Sequence record: MT708547.1
Reading direction: 5' to 3' (one strand)
DNA: 64,000 bases
Part shown: positions 45,082 through 55,558 of the stretch, in pieces
Numbering within the stretch: the stretch's first letter is position 1
Layout: every line of letters begins with the position of its first letter
Notes under the pieces: generated by a model
What the model saw: only the letters and a program-made list of their open reading frames with translations
Told to the model about the DNA's origin: nothing
The model's database searches: none
Program-made: the position numbers and the translations under genes

Positions 45082-45545
45082 TGGCAAAACCTTGGCACTG
45101 GATAATTAAGGACGATAAGAGTAAACTTCTCGATTTGATTACATATTTCAGTACTGAAATTGATGAAGCAAAGAAAGAAGTTAAAAAGGTTGGGTCTGTT
45201 GAGAAATTGGCACAAGACTTACCTGGCTGGCATGAAACACGTTTGTCACAATTACAAGAGCTTGAAGCAGTCCTAGAAACACTTGAAATAGAAATGAAAC
45301 AAATACAGGCAGAAAAATTTAAATACTATCTGGAATCATATCGACGTCAGCTATCAAGTTCAGACTGTAAGAAGTATGTTGAGGGTGATAAAGATGTGTG
45401 TGATTTGGCTGAAGTTATTAACGAAGTTGCTTTTCTACGAAATCAATACACTAGTATTATTAGGTCATTAGAAATGAAAGCGTTTCAATTAAACAATATT
45501 GTTAAATTACGTTGTGCTGGATTGGAAGACATTAGACTAGATTAG
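45081..45545 (+). CDS. uvsY: Recombination mediator
   Basis: YLESYRRQLSSSDCKKYVEGD and FQLNNIVKLRCAGLED are UvsY motifs. Confidence 0.85.
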   Translation: MAKPWHWIIKDDKSKLLDLITYFSTEIDEAKKEVKKVGSVEKLAQDLPGWHETRLSQLQELEAVLETLEIEMKQIQAEKFKYYLESYRRQLSSSDCKKYVEGDKDVCDLAEVINEVAFLRNQYTSIIRSLEMKAFQLNNIVKLRCAGLEDIRLD

Positions 45546-45570
45546 AAAAAGGACGCTTATGCGTCCTTTT
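45546..45570 (+). terminator. Terminator after uvsY
   Basis: AAAAAGGACGC-TTAT-GCGTCCTTTT. Confidence 0.75.
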
Positions 45571-45589
45571 ATACGTTATAGGGAAATAT

Positions 45590-46411
45590 ATGACAAATAA
45601 ACTTGAAGAATTTGTGAATTCTATTGCAGTACTGGATACTGAAACCAATGGTATTCTTGAAACCGATGAAATTATAGAATTTAGTATTTCATTTCCAGAA
45701 TCATTGAATGATTCTATTGATAATATTATGAATTACACCAATCGTTATAAACCACAAAAAGAAGTGCCAGCTATAGCAAGTTCAGTTCATTTTATTACAA
45801 ATGAAGATTTGGAAAGTTGTGGAACTTATGATTCTGAATTACCAACAATTGATGCATTAATGGGAAGTCGTCAATATTATGTTGGTCACAATGTACAGTT
45901 TGATCGTAGAATGATGCGTCAATGTGAAGATAAATATCGCAGTGAACCTTCTCAATATCTATATAAAGATAATTGGATTTGCACTTTACGATTAGCCAAA
46001 AAACTTCATGCAGAAGATTCTGATTACGATAATATGACTCTAAGTTACTTATGGTTTAAACTTGGGTGTTATAAGGGGCATCGTAAAGTAGAAGCACATA
46101 GTGCACGTGATGATGTTTTTATGTGTTACTCGGTGCTAATTAAATTAGTTGAAGAATGCATTTCACTTGGAATCATTGATCCAAATAATGATATTGGATC
46201 TCAAATTATTCAGTACTGTAATACTCCTATTATCTATGAAAAAGTAACATTTGGTAAACACAAAGGAATGAATTTTTCTGAATTACCAATGGACTACCTT
46301 ATGTGGATGATTACAAATAGTGACATTTTAAATACTGACAAAGAAGATTGTGATATGGATTTGGTGGCAACTTTTGAGTACGAATATAACAGAAGGACAA
46401 ACGCCAATTAA
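45590..46411 (+). CDS. DEDDh 3'-5' exonuclease (ExoX / Pol III epsilon-like)
   Basis: VLDTET, HFIT, GHNVQFD, WICT, AHSARDD motifs; C-terminal TFGKHKG...YLMWM. Confidence 0.88.
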   Translation: MTNKLEEFVNSIAVLDTETNGILETDEIIEFSISFPESLNDSIDNIMNYTNRYKPQKEVPAIASSVHFITNEDLESCGTYDSELPTIDALMGSRQYYVGHNVQFDRRMMRQCEDKYRSEPSQYLYKDNWICTLRLAKKLHAEDSDYDNMTLSYLWFKLGCYKGHRKVEAHSARDDVFMCYSVLIKLVEECISLGIIDPNNDIGSQIIQYCNTPIIYEKVTFGKHKGMNFSELPMDYLMWMITNSDILNTDKEDCDMDLVATFEYEYNRRTNAN

Positions 46412-46428
46412 TAACAAGGAAGATATAA

Positions 46429-47964
46429 ATGGAAATACCAAAAGTAGGAACAGGAACGTTCAGACCAAAGGCCAAAAAAGGTACTTCGTGCAAATTGATT
46501 ATTCAAGATGAGGTTAATTGTAAGTTCGAAGGGTTAGATCCTTCCTTGCGTTCATTATTGATAAAAGAAGTATCATATATTTTACCATATGCGAAATTCA
46601 CTCCAGCAGGTAGACTTGGCCGCTGGAATGGTGAAGTTAATTTTATGAATATGGGTGGTGGTACATATTTACATATGCTTGATAAACTTCTTCCAATATT
46701 AGATGAGTACGAAGTACAAATTGAATTAGAAGATCATCGAGTTGATTATAATTTCCAGTTTGACCCAATTGATGAAAATATTTTCAGTGATGTTGTATTT
46801 CCAATTGGTCATCATATGGAAGGTAAAAGTATTATTCTTCGTGAACACCAGGTTAATTCAGTAAATGCATGTTTGGCAAATCCACATGGATTGTTATTAG
46901 CAGCAACTGGAGCCGGAAAGACGATTATCTGTGCAGCGTTAGCTCGTTCAGTACAGAAATACGGTCGTTCAGTAATTGTTGTCCCTAGTACTGATTTAGT
47001 TCAACAGACATATAATGATTATGTTATGATGGGACTTGATACTGGGATGTTTTGTGGTGCTCAAAAGGATTTCGGTCATCAACATACTATTACTACATGG
47101 CAATCATTTAACTCCTTGTGGAAAAAAACCAAGAAGGGTGAAATAGAATTAACAGAGCAAGATGTTCATGATTTTATTGATGGTGTTGTTTGTGTTATTG
47201 TTGATGAAGTACAAACAGCCAGAGGTGATGCATTATCTAATCTATTATCAAAAGTAATGCAGAATGTTCCTTTGCGTTGGGGTTTAACTGGAACAATTCC
47301 AAAAGATCAAATTGAAGCAGCCAGAATTAAATGCAATCTTGGCAATGTGATTTATACTGTTACATCAAAAGAATTACAAGATAAAAAGATACTAAGCACG
47401 TGTAACATTAGTTGTATAAAATTAAAAAGTTCAATGAAGTTTGAGAATTATGCCGAAGAATTAAAATTTCTAACAACTGATAGAGAAAGAATGTCATATG
47501 TTGCTAAGCTTATTCAAGCATTATCTGAATCAGGTAATACATTAGTATTGGTTGATAGAATTGAATGTGGTAATCTTTTATGTGAATTTTTAGGTTTACC
47601 AAAATCAGAATTTGTTAAAGGTGACACAAAGAAAAAAGATCGTGAATCTTCTTATGGTGAAATTCGCTGGGCTGATAATAAAATTTTAATTGCTACATAT
47701 GGGGTTGCTAGTACAGGCATAAGTATTTCACGACTCTATAACGTAGTTCTTATAGAACCTGGAAAAAGTTTCATTAAGACAATTCAAAGTATAGGACGTG
47801 GATTACGCGTTGCCGAAGACAAAGACCATGTTGAAATCATTGATATCAGTAGTTCAACAAAATACAGTGCAAAACATCTCAGAGAGCGTTTGGTTTATTA
47901 CAAGGAAGCAAAATATCCACATAATGTCATAGAAGTAAAAGACTGGCAAAATCTCTCAGACTAA
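46429..47964 (+). CDS. uvsW: SF2 DNA helicase
   Basis: LREHQ, ATGAGKT, IVDEVQ, GLTGT, STGISI, QSIGRGLR motifs. Confidence 0.93.
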   Translation: MEIPKVGTGTFRPKAKKGTSCKLIIQDEVNCKFEGLDPSLRSLLIKEVSYILPYAKFTPAGRLGRWNGEVNFMNMGGGTYLHMLDKLLPILDEYEVQIELEDHRVDYNFQFDPIDENIFSDVVFPIGHHMEGKSIILREHQVNSVNACLANPHGLLLAATGAGKTIICAALARSVQKYGRSVIVVPSTDLVQQTYNDYVMMGLDTGMFCGAQKDFGHQHTITTWQSFNSLWKKTKKGEIELTEQDVHDFIDGVVCVIVDEVQTARGDALSNLLSKVMQNVPLRWGLTGTIPKDQIEAARIKCNLGNVIYTVTSKELQDKKILSTCNISCIKLKSSMKFENYAEELKFLTTDRERMSYVAKLIQALSESGNTLVLVDRIECGNLLCEFLGLPKSEFVKGDTKKKDRESSYGEIRWADNKILIATYGVASTGISISRLYNVVLIEPGKSFIKTIQSIGRGLRVAEDKDHVEIIDISSSTKYSAKHLRERLVYYKEAKYPHNVIEVKDWQNLSD

Positions 47965-47979
47965 AAAAACGGATTGAAG

Positions 47980-48008
47980 CTGAATGAAATCTAAAAAAAT
48001 GATATAAT
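47980..48008 (+). promoter_or_regulatory. CTGAAT-N17-TATAAT promoter
   Basis: Conserved promoter class, with extended TG. Confidence 0.65.
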
Positions 48009-48010
48009 TA

Positions 48011-48466
48011 TTGTGTAAAATCAACAAGGAAGTAGAAATTATGGAATTAAGAACTAGCATTTCTTTTATTGGTACTGAAGATGTACTATCTAAAATCGAT
48101 TATCTAATCAATGAAGAATCTCTTATCGATGATATGGTTTATTCTCTGGATTTTATCTCTGAACTGGAAACAGAAGATACTTATGTTTATCGTTGTTACA
48201 GTACTGGTGATTCGTGGGTAAACATCTATGATATTCATTCACGATTTTCTACAAATGGAATTGATAAATGTGATATCATTTACACCAGTACTGATTCAGA
48301 GACTTATGTTGATGTGATCAGTTTGAGTGGAAATTTTGATGCTTATGTTGATTGTGATCCTGAAAAAATTCAGGAAATTTGTGAAACATATGGACTTGAA
48401 TTTTTTGGTTCAGATGAACCAGAAGAAGAATACGACGACGATGAAGAAGAAGAGGGATATTATTGA
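48011..48466 (+). CDS. Hypothetical acidic protein (probable start ATG 48041)
   Basis: ORF with AAGGA RBS and acidic tail. Confidence 0.6.
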   Translation: MCKINKEVEIMELRTSISFIGTEDVLSKIDYLINEESLIDDMVYSLDFISELETEDTYVYRCYSTGDSWVNIYDIHSRFSTNGIDKCDIIYTSTDSETYVDVISLSGNFDAYVDCDPEKIQEICETYGLEFFGSDEPEEEYDDDEEEEGYY

Positions 48467-48963
48467 TGAATATTTTAACACCAGAAAATAACGCATTTGA
48501 TATGGATTTGGTATCAGATTTAATTCCCGAAGAAATGTATTGTGTACTGGATTTAAGTCCAGGTGGAGATAGTGATTTTTATTTTCGTCATATCCTCAAT
48601 ACTATTACATTCAACAGCAACAGTGCTGATATTCAAATTGGTAATAAAGTACTACAAGTGCCTCTCAACTGGCAAATTATGTTAGGTGACGAAGACACTG
48701 GAATGGTAGAAATGTGTACTATTGAAAACATTCTTAATATGAAAGAACCAAAAGCATATGTTTTCAATCCAATTCGTTCTATGTATCCACGTTTTGAACC
48801 AGTTAAAGTACTAAGAGCATTTACTCTACCTACTAAATGGCAAATTCCAATTGTACCAAAAAAGAATTTGCTATGTGTTCCATTACAACACGGTTCTAAT
48901 CCACCTTGCGTATATTTCGCAGATGAAAATGAGAAAATTCAGGATTTACATTTGGGGCTATAA
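48463..48963 (+). CDS. Hypothetical protein
   Basis: 166 aa, translationally coupled. Confidence 0.6.
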   Translation: MMNILTPENNAFDMDLVSDLIPEEMYCVLDLSPGGDSDFYFRHILNTITFNSNSADIQIGNKVLQVPLNWQIMLGDEDTGMVEMCTIENILNMKEPKAYVFNPIRSMYPRFEPVKVLRAFTLPTKWQIPIVPKKNLLCVPLQHGSNPPCVYFADENEKIQDLHLGL

Positions 48964-49760
48964 TGTCTGATAAAAAAGAATTACAAATTCAGGATGTATT
49001 ACATCATATTGATATTGCAGATTATAAGTACTATGATACACTTAGTGATGAAGAAAAGAAAAGTTTCACGCCATATACTGTTTTGAGATGGGTAAGTGCG
49101 TTGGACGATTCGTTATTGGTTACTTATAACGCAAAAGAGATTGAAAATGTATTCGGTAAATGGAAGGGTGGTGGTAAAGAAGCATTAAACGAGCTTGTAT
49201 TAGAACTCCAGAAAGATGGAGTTGGGGTTTTGAATGTATCAAAATACTGCCATACTGAACCTTATGATTGGCGAATCAAATTTTCAGTTAAAGACAAAAA
49301 TTCCAGCGAAAAATTGATTTCCACACTGAAGGATTTTGGAATTAAATCATATGAGATTCTCCAACTGGAAAATAGTGATGTACTAAAATATCAATTAATC
49401 TTTTTAAATGATATGGTTAACGATGGATTTTGGGAAATGAAAGACCATCCTGATTTAGTGTATCAATTGATGTGTTCGGTTCAGGATATGGTTGGTGCTG
49501 AACCTAAAGTACATAACTGGATCCCGTTTACTAAAGGTTTGAAGAATGTTAGTACTGAATTATTCAATATCATTAAACAAACCCAACCCGAATTAACACG
49601 AGAAAATATAAACGAGCTTGAATATAAAATTCTCCTTTTATCTTACTCTAAAGAATCTTTTAAAGAACTACTTGATGATTTTGGATATCAGGAGAGTGAA
49701 GTTAAAAAATTGTTAAAAACATTTAAAGAAGAATGTTCGAAATATGGCAAAGAGATCTAG
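48963..49760 (+). CDS. Hypothetical protein, possibly clamp-loader small subunit (gp62-like N-terminus)
   Basis: YYDTLSDEEKKSFTPYTVLRWVS resembles gp62-type N-termini. Confidence 0.4.
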   Translation: MSDKKELQIQDVLHHIDIADYKYYDTLSDEEKKSFTPYTVLRWVSALDDSLLVTYNAKEIENVFGKWKGGGKEALNELVLELQKDGVGVLNVSKYCHTEPYDWRIKFSVKDKNSSEKLISTLKDFGIKSYEILQLENSDVLKYQLIFLNDMVNDGFWEMKDHPDLVYQLMCSVQDMVGAEPKVHNWIPFTKGLKNVSTELFNIIKQTQPELTRENINELEYKILLLSYSKESFKELLDDFGYQESEVKKLLKTFKEECSKYGKEI

Positions 49761-50490
49761 TACAGGGGTAAGAAAAACCCCTATAAAGAAAATTAAAAAA
49801 GAAGAATATGTATGTTATTTCTGTGATAAAAAATTTAAAAGAGAAAATACTATACTAACGCATAAATGTATTAAACGTGACCGATATAATGATCGAGAAA
49901 GTCGTTTAATGAGAGAAGCATTAAGAATATATCTTTTGTTTATGAAAATAAATCATTTACCACTAAAGAAAGATGTTGAACCACTAATGTATTTTATCAA
50001 ATCTTTGTATTTTAATGACTTCTATGATTTCGCTAATTACATTCTAAATAATGATATACTTGAAAAAGAAAGATTTTTGAATCACATTATGACTAGTGGT
50101 ATGTCAGTGCAGAAATGGACTACCCATGCAGTACTTGAAGAGTGGGTTCTTCATGTATTAAAATACGAACATCCAGAACGTGGTGTAGAACGTTCTATTA
50201 TGGCAATAGTCGAATGGTCTGAATTGACGTCAAACGAATGGACTACCTTTTTTGATAATGTTTCTCCTGCTCGTTTTATTGCATGGGTAGAAAGTGGTAA
50301 AATATCTCCATGGTTATTATGGACTGTTCCACCGGAAGTGCTTAGAAAAATAACAGACCGACTTAGTGATTCTGAGCTTGAATATATAGTCAAATATATT
50401 GATCCTACTTATTATCAAATAAAAAGTATAAATCCTTATCAAGTATCAGTGCAAAAATTAAAAACTATATTACAAGATTCGGGATTTTAA
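49744..50490 (+). CDS. Hypothetical protein with N-terminal zinc finger
   Basis: YVCYFCDKKFKRENTILTHKC is a C2H2/C2HC-like finger. Confidence 0.6.
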   Translation: MAKRSSTGVRKTPIKKIKKEEYVCYFCDKKFKRENTILTHKCIKRDRYNDRESRLMREALRIYLLFMKINHLPLKKDVEPLMYFIKSLYFNDFYDFANYILNNDILEKERFLNHIMTSGMSVQKWTTHAVLEEWVLHVLKYEHPERGVERSIMAIVEWSELTSNEWTTFFDNVSPARFIAWVESGKISPWLLWTVPPEVLRKITDRLSDSELEYIVKYIDPTYYQIKSINPYQVSVQKLKTILQDSGF

Positions 50491-50493
50491 AAT

Positions 50494-50859
50494 ATGAGTA
50501 TATATAAACAAACGATCAATGAAGGTAAAATTGATAATCTCTATCACAGAAATGTAACTAAACCAGAAGTACAGAGTATTAAAAAATCATCTGAACTTAA
50601 ATTGCTCAGAAGTGGAAGTGTAACTGAAATAACACTGGATGATAAAACATTTCAGGTTTATGATGCACATAAGATTCATAATATTATTACGTTCGTTGAA
50701 CGACATGAAGATAGTATATTCAATTTAAGACAAGATAATAATAATCTTAAAAAACAAATACAAATACTATCAAAGAATATTCAAACATTACAAAGTACTG
50801 TTACAAAATTACAGGAACAATTAAAAAATGCAGGATTCAGTTCAAACAACTACTTATAA
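50494..50859 (+). CDS. Hypothetical coiled-coil protein
   Basis: C-terminal heptad repeat (LRQDNNNLKKQIQILSKNIQTLQSTVTKLQEQL). Confidence 0.6.
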   Translation: MSIYKQTINEGKIDNLYHRNVTKPEVQSIKKSSELKLLRSGSVTEITLDDKTFQVYDAHKIHNIITFVERHEDSIFNLRQDNNNLKKQIQILSKNIQTLQSTVTKLQEQLKNAGFSSNNYL

Positions 50860-51469
50860 AAAAGCAAGAACCGACATTGACATTGATGTAAAAGATGCAA
50901 AAGAAGTAATAAGTATTCTTCCTTGTACAAGGAGTACTGAAAAAATTAATGAAAGTGGGTTAATCGTTCATAATAGTGGAGTTCATTTTGATAATATTCC
51001 TGTTGATCCTGTTACTGGGTATAGTAGTATTGAATATAAAAAAGCCGAACAATTAGGGTATCAAAAAGTTGATATCCTTTCTAATTCGGCTTATAAGTAC
51101 GTGAGAGACCGAGAACATTTAATTGAACTCGTTAATAAAGAACCACAATGGGATTTATTGCTGATACCAGAAATAGTAGAAGAATTGTCACATATTAAAA
51201 AACACATTTCACTTCTTAATGTATGGAAACCACAAAGCATAGATGAACTGGCAATGTTTATTGCCATGATTCGTCCGGGGAAATACAAATGCCAAAGTAT
51301 GAATTCATGGGATGAAGTACGTAAAGAAATATGGGATTACAGTACAGTACCAGTGCAGGCAGATGGTAAAAAGGTAATGTATTTCAAAAAACCACATGCT
51401 TACGCGTATAGTTTTATGATTGTGGTGCAATTGAACGCATTAGTTGAACACATTATGTCCTCTTCTTGA
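50828..51469 (+). CDS. Miniature DNA polymerase III alpha (DnaE)-like catalytic core
   Basis: RTDIDID, HNSGV, YQKVDIL, AMIRPG, FKKPHAYAY occur in the order of DnaE motifs. Confidence 0.75.
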   Translation: MQDSVQTTTYKKARTDIDIDVKDAKEVISILPCTRSTEKINESGLIVHNSGVHFDNIPVDPVTGYSSIEYKKAEQLGYQKVDILSNSAYKYVRDREHLIELVNKEPQWDLLLIPEIVEELSHIKKHISLLNVWKPQSIDELAMFIAMIRPGKYKCQSMNSWDEVRKEIWDYSTVPVQADGKKVMYFKKPHAYAYSFMIVVQLNALVEHIMSSS

Positions 51470-51809
51470 GGGCAACATTTCTTCGTTTAATTCGTTTTTG
51501 CGGTAAATCGCTTAAAGATGTTTGTGGCCCACTGATGAATTTAATTTGTGGTGTATCGAAACGTTTAGTATAGTTTTCAAATTTTTCCATTTCTTCCTGG
51601 AAAAATAAACATACTGGAATAAGTCTATTACTCTGAAACCACCAGTCCTCTGCTAACTGGAGTATTTCCTCTCTTTCTTTTTTAGACATAAGATCCAAGC
51701 AATAGAGTGTTGTGTATTTGGTACTCTTTATTTTAATTATCCCAATGTAGGTATTTTCGTTGTGGTCGAGTACTGTAATGTATTCGGGAAATGCTTGGTA
51801 TTGATTCAT
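51453..51809 (-). CDS. Hypothetical protein, late-expressed
   Basis: 118 aa; TATAAATA at 51848..51855 (-). Confidence 0.6.
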   Translation of the reverse strand: MNQYQAFPEYITVLDHNENTYIGIIKIKSTKYTTLYCLDLMSKKEREEILQLAEDWWFQSNRLIPVCLFFQEEMEKFENYTKRFDTPQIKFISGPQTSLSDLPQKRIKRRNVALKKRT

Positions 51810-51869
51810 ATCACTTCCATAAATATTATATAGGTTTTAGTATTAAGTATTTATAGAAGGAAAATATTA

Positions 51870-52847
51870 ATGTCTCATAGTGGCGTATATATGTACCCAT
51901 ATAATCAGGAAGTATCATTAGGAAATTTCAATATGCCATTTCATAATGAGAAAATTGTTATATACAGAGGTGCGAATAATAATTTATCCTTTACAATCCA
52001 TAATGCTGATGGAAAATATACAAAAATAAAAGACAATGAATATTTGACATTCATGATCTTCGATGCAAGAAATAATAGTATTTTATTTAATACTGTACTT
52101 GATAAACAAATTCCATCGTGGTTATCTGAGAGTGGTCAGGCACGACAATCACTTGGTAATAAAGAAAAAGTTTATTATGGTTGTGTTGTTCCTGCTGGTG
52201 TTATTCAGGATACTAGTCCAGGTTTAAAATATCGATGGAGTATTGTCAAAACTACTATTGATGGTTCTCTTCTTGAACCCACTCAATATTTGTATACTGG
52301 ACTTGATTATGAAGCATATGGTGAATTACAAATTTCAGATAAAGCTGCACCTGTGTTTGTCCCCAGTACTGAAGTATCTAAGGATAAAAATTCTTCATGG
52401 AAGTCTATCAAAGATAGTTACAGAGAAGTTATCAGTGATTCTTTAAAAGGTGAATATGATGTAATGTGTACTTCTCCATTAGCAGCACAAATGCAATATG
52501 GGTTAGTTGATGGATTGAGTACGATTGCACTTTATACTGATAATTTTATTGGAAGAATACAATTACAAGGTTCACTTGAAAATAATGTACCGTCTGATGC
52601 AGAGAATTACAAATGGTTTATTATTAAATTAGATTCAAGTGAATACATTCAAAATAGTATAGATGAAAATGGATTCATTATTCCTATGAATGGAATACAG
52701 ACATTTAATTTCAAAGGAAATTATATGTGGTTAAGAGTTGTGGTATGTATTCCACCAATCGAGTATACTGTTCCTTATGATTATAATACTGTGCGTAAAG
52801 AATACGATCCATTAAAAACACTTCCAAAAATATTGATTCGTCGATAA
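51870..52847 (+). CDS. Hypothetical protein, probably virion structural
   Basis: 325 aa, beta-rich; CATAAATA at 51818..51825. Confidence 0.6.
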   Translation: MSHSGVYMYPYNQEVSLGNFNMPFHNEKIVIYRGANNNLSFTIHNADGKYTKIKDNEYLTFMIFDARNNSILFNTVLDKQIPSWLSESGQARQSLGNKEKVYYGCVVPAGVIQDTSPGLKYRWSIVKTTIDGSLLEPTQYLYTGLDYEAYGELQISDKAAPVFVPSTEVSKDKNSSWKSIKDSYREVISDSLKGEYDVMCTSPLAAQMQYGLVDGLSTIALYTDNFIGRIQLQGSLENNVPSDAENYKWFIIKLDSSEYIQNSIDENGFIIPMNGIQTFNFKGNYMWLRVVVCIPPIEYTVPYDYNTVRKEYDPLKTLPKILIRR

Positions 52848-52849
52848 AT

Positions 52850-52879
52850 TTGAACAAAAATACCTTTTAGTGATAGAAT
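52850..52879 (+). promoter_or_regulatory. TTGAAC-N18-TAGAAT promoter (primase/helicase)
   Basis: Conserved promoter class; implies the true primase start is ATG 52906. Confidence 0.65.
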
Positions 52880-52905
52880 GTTTTTATCAAAAGAAGGAAA
52901 ACGAG

Positions 52906-53964
52906 ATGAATCAAGTTCAAAATATAGTATCTCAAATTTTTAAAGACCCGGTGCCAGCGATAAACCAGTGGAAAAGACATAACTGTCCTGCTTGTGTTTT
53001 TCGTGGTCAGGGTCGCCCAGATACAAGAGGACGTGGAAATCATATGTTCAATGCTGATGGTGGTATTGCATATAACTGCTTTAACTGTCATTTAAAAGTG
53101 TCATGGGTTCCTGGTTTATATATGAGCAAAGATTTTAAATCTTTGCTTTCTTATTTTGGGGCTGATGAAAAAAGTATTGCATATTTAGATCTCTTCGTTA
53201 AAGAAATGGTCAATAATGAAGAATATAAAAAAGAAACACCATCCTCTAAACTATTTCAAAATTTACAAACAAGATCGTTGCCAGAGAATGCAAAAACATT
53301 TATAGAATGGGCTAATACTGAACAACCACCAAAGGAATTCATTTCAGTACTAAATTCCGTAAATTCAAGAAATCCATATATTCTGGATTTGGACTTATAC
53401 TGGAGTCCATCTAAAGAGCATCAATTATATAATCGATTTATTATACCTTATTATATGAATAATAAAATAATTGGTTATACTGCTCGTCATAAAGAACACA
53501 ATCCCACCAAGTCATTGCGATATATAAACCAAGTCAGTACTAATATTTTATATAATTATGATTTATTAAATGATAACAGAATTAAAACGATTTTAGTTAC
53601 CGAAGGACCAATTGATGCCGCATTGATGGGTGGTGTAAGTGCAAACAACTATTTTTTAACTTCTCCACAGATTGAATTATTAAAAGCAGCACAGGAACGT
53701 GGTAAGAAAATAGTCATTGTACCTGACAGGGATAAAAATGGATTGGAAGCAGTAAATCAGGCAATTGATAATGGGTTTAGTGTTTCATTACCAAATTTTG
53801 GAACTATTAAAGATCCAACCAAATTCGGACACAGACCAATAAAAGACTTCGATGAAGCATGTGTTATATATGGAAGAATATTTTGTTTACAATTAATACA
53901 CGATTCAATACTAGATACTGAATTTTCAATCAAAACAAGAATTGCAAATTCATGGGATATATAA
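52906..53964 (+). CDS. gp61: DNA primase
   Basis: CPAC...YNCFNC zinc finger; TOPRIM motifs VTEGPIDA and VPDRD; AAGGA RBS before 52906. Confidence 0.88.
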   Translation: MNQVQNIVSQIFKDPVPAINQWKRHNCPACVFRGQGRPDTRGRGNHMFNADGGIAYNCFNCHLKVSWVPGLYMSKDFKSLLSYFGADEKSIAYLDLFVKEMVNNEEYKKETPSSKLFQNLQTRSLPENAKTFIEWANTEQPPKEFISVLNSVNSRNPYILDLDLYWSPSKEHQLYNRFIIPYYMNNKIIGYTARHKEHNPTKSLRYINQVSTNILYNYDLLNDNRIKTILVTEGPIDAALMGGVSANNYFLTSPQIELLKAAQERGKKIVIVPDRDKNGLEAVNQAIDNGFSVSLPNFGTIKDPTKFGHRPIKDFDEACVIYGRIFCLQLIHDSILDTEFSIKTRIANSWDI

Positions 53965-53978
53965 AATAAAGGAATATA

Positions 53979-55547
53979 ATGAACAAATCAATCACACCGG
54001 ACGTGACTCAATATAGTATTAAAAATCAAGAATATCTTCTTTCTCAAATTTTTACAAATCCAGATTTGTATGTACGTTGTAAAAATATCTTAAAACCTGA
54101 ATATTTTGATAAGATATTTCAAAACAGTATTCAGTACGTTCATGAATACAGTAATAAGTACAACGGTGGTTTCCCAACTCTACTTGATATTGAAGTTAAA
54201 AGTGGATTTCAATACACTGAAATTAAAGTATCTGAATTAAACAAACAAGCTGTATTAGATCATTGCGGTGAATTTTGTCGTCACAAAGCACTAGCACTTG
54301 CAGTTGAAAAGGGAATGGAATTAGTTCAACAAAAAAAATATGGTGGTATTGAAGAATTAATCCGTGAAGCCATGCTTGTTACTGTACAAAATGAATTAGG
54401 TCTTGATGTATATGAAAACCCAGAGGAAACAATCCAGTCACTTAAAGATATGCAGGGTTCGATGCGAAGTGGATGGGATACTCTTGATTTCAAATTATTT
54501 GGTGGTTTTGGTAAACAAGAACTTGAAATATTCGCAGCGGCAAGTGGTGGTGGTAAATCGGTTGTACTACAAAATATCGCAGTTAACTTTTCCAAAATGG
54601 GATTAAATGGTGCATATATTTCACTGGAACTTGCAGAAGAACTGGTTGCGGTTCGTATCTATGGTATGATGACTGATACTAAACTGAGTACAATCAAAAG
54701 CGATGCAAGTAACATTGGTATGAAAATCGCCATTGATGGTAAACAGTCTGGTTCACTGAGGATTAAGCGTTTACCAGAATCGATTACAACTTCTAATGAT
54801 ATCGAAAGTTACATTCGAGAATTACAAATAAAAACTGGGATTAAACTGGATTATATTTGTGTGGACTACTTAGACTTGATGACCTCGGAACGTAGTACTG
54901 ATGCATCAAACGTGTTTGTTAAGGATAAATTTGTATCAGAAGAATTACGTGCCTTAGCACATACTATGGACATGACTGTATTCACAGCCGCACAGTTTAA
55001 CCGTAGTGGTATTAATGAAGAAAAGAAAAGTCAGGCACAAATTGCAGGTGGCATGTCAAAGATTTATACTGCTGATAACGTAATTTATATCGAAACTAAT
55101 AAAGATAAAGGTGAACTTTGGTTTGACTTCCAGAAAACTCGTAACAGTTCTGCTGTAGGTTCAAAACTTCGTATGTCTTATAATATGGACTCTCTTCGAG
55201 TACTGGATCATGCACAAACAATTCAGGAGCTTGAGTGTAATAAGAGTGGTTTTAAGCTCACACAGAGCACTATGGGTGTTGGTGGAGGCTCAGTGACACA
55301 ACCACCTTCGACTATGACAAGTCTTCGCCACAGCCTTTACAATGCAAATATGGGGCTATCTCAACCAGTTGAAGTTGAACACAATGTAGACAACACAAGT
55401 GTACTAAATACTGACAATGAGGATGTTTTAAATTCACCAGCATATGAAAATGAAACAATTGAAGAATTTGAAATTGTAGAATCGGTGCAGACAAAACTTT
55501 CTCCAAGTAAAATTAGTAATATGAGAGACTTTTTAGGGAAGAGATAG
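53979..55547 (+). CDS. gp41: Replicative helicase (DnaB family)
   Basis: AAASGGGKS Walker A, ISLEL, CVDYLDL, TAAQFNR, KTR motifs. Confidence 0.93.
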   Translation: MNKSITPDVTQYSIKNQEYLLSQIFTNPDLYVRCKNILKPEYFDKIFQNSIQYVHEYSNKYNGGFPTLLDIEVKSGFQYTEIKVSELNKQAVLDHCGEFCRHKALALAVEKGMELVQQKKYGGIEELIREAMLVTVQNELGLDVYENPEETIQSLKDMQGSMRSGWDTLDFKLFGGFGKQELEIFAAASGGGKSVVLQNIAVNFSKMGLNGAYISLELAEELVAVRIYGMMTDTKLSTIKSDASNIGMKIAIDGKQSGSLRIKRLPESITTSNDIESYIRELQIKTGIKLDYICVDYLDLMTSERSTDASNVFVKDKFVSEELRALAHTMDMTVFTAAQFNRSGINEEKKSQAQIAGGMSKIYTADNVIYIETNKDKGELWFDFQKTRNSSAVGSKLRMSYNMDSLRVLDHAQTIQELECNKSGFKLTQSTMGVGGGSVTQPPSTMTSLRHSLYNANMGLSQPVEVEHNVDNTSVLNTDNEDVLNSPAYENETIEEFEIVESVQTKLSPSKISNMRDFLGKR

Positions 55548-55558
55548 GAATAATGTGA

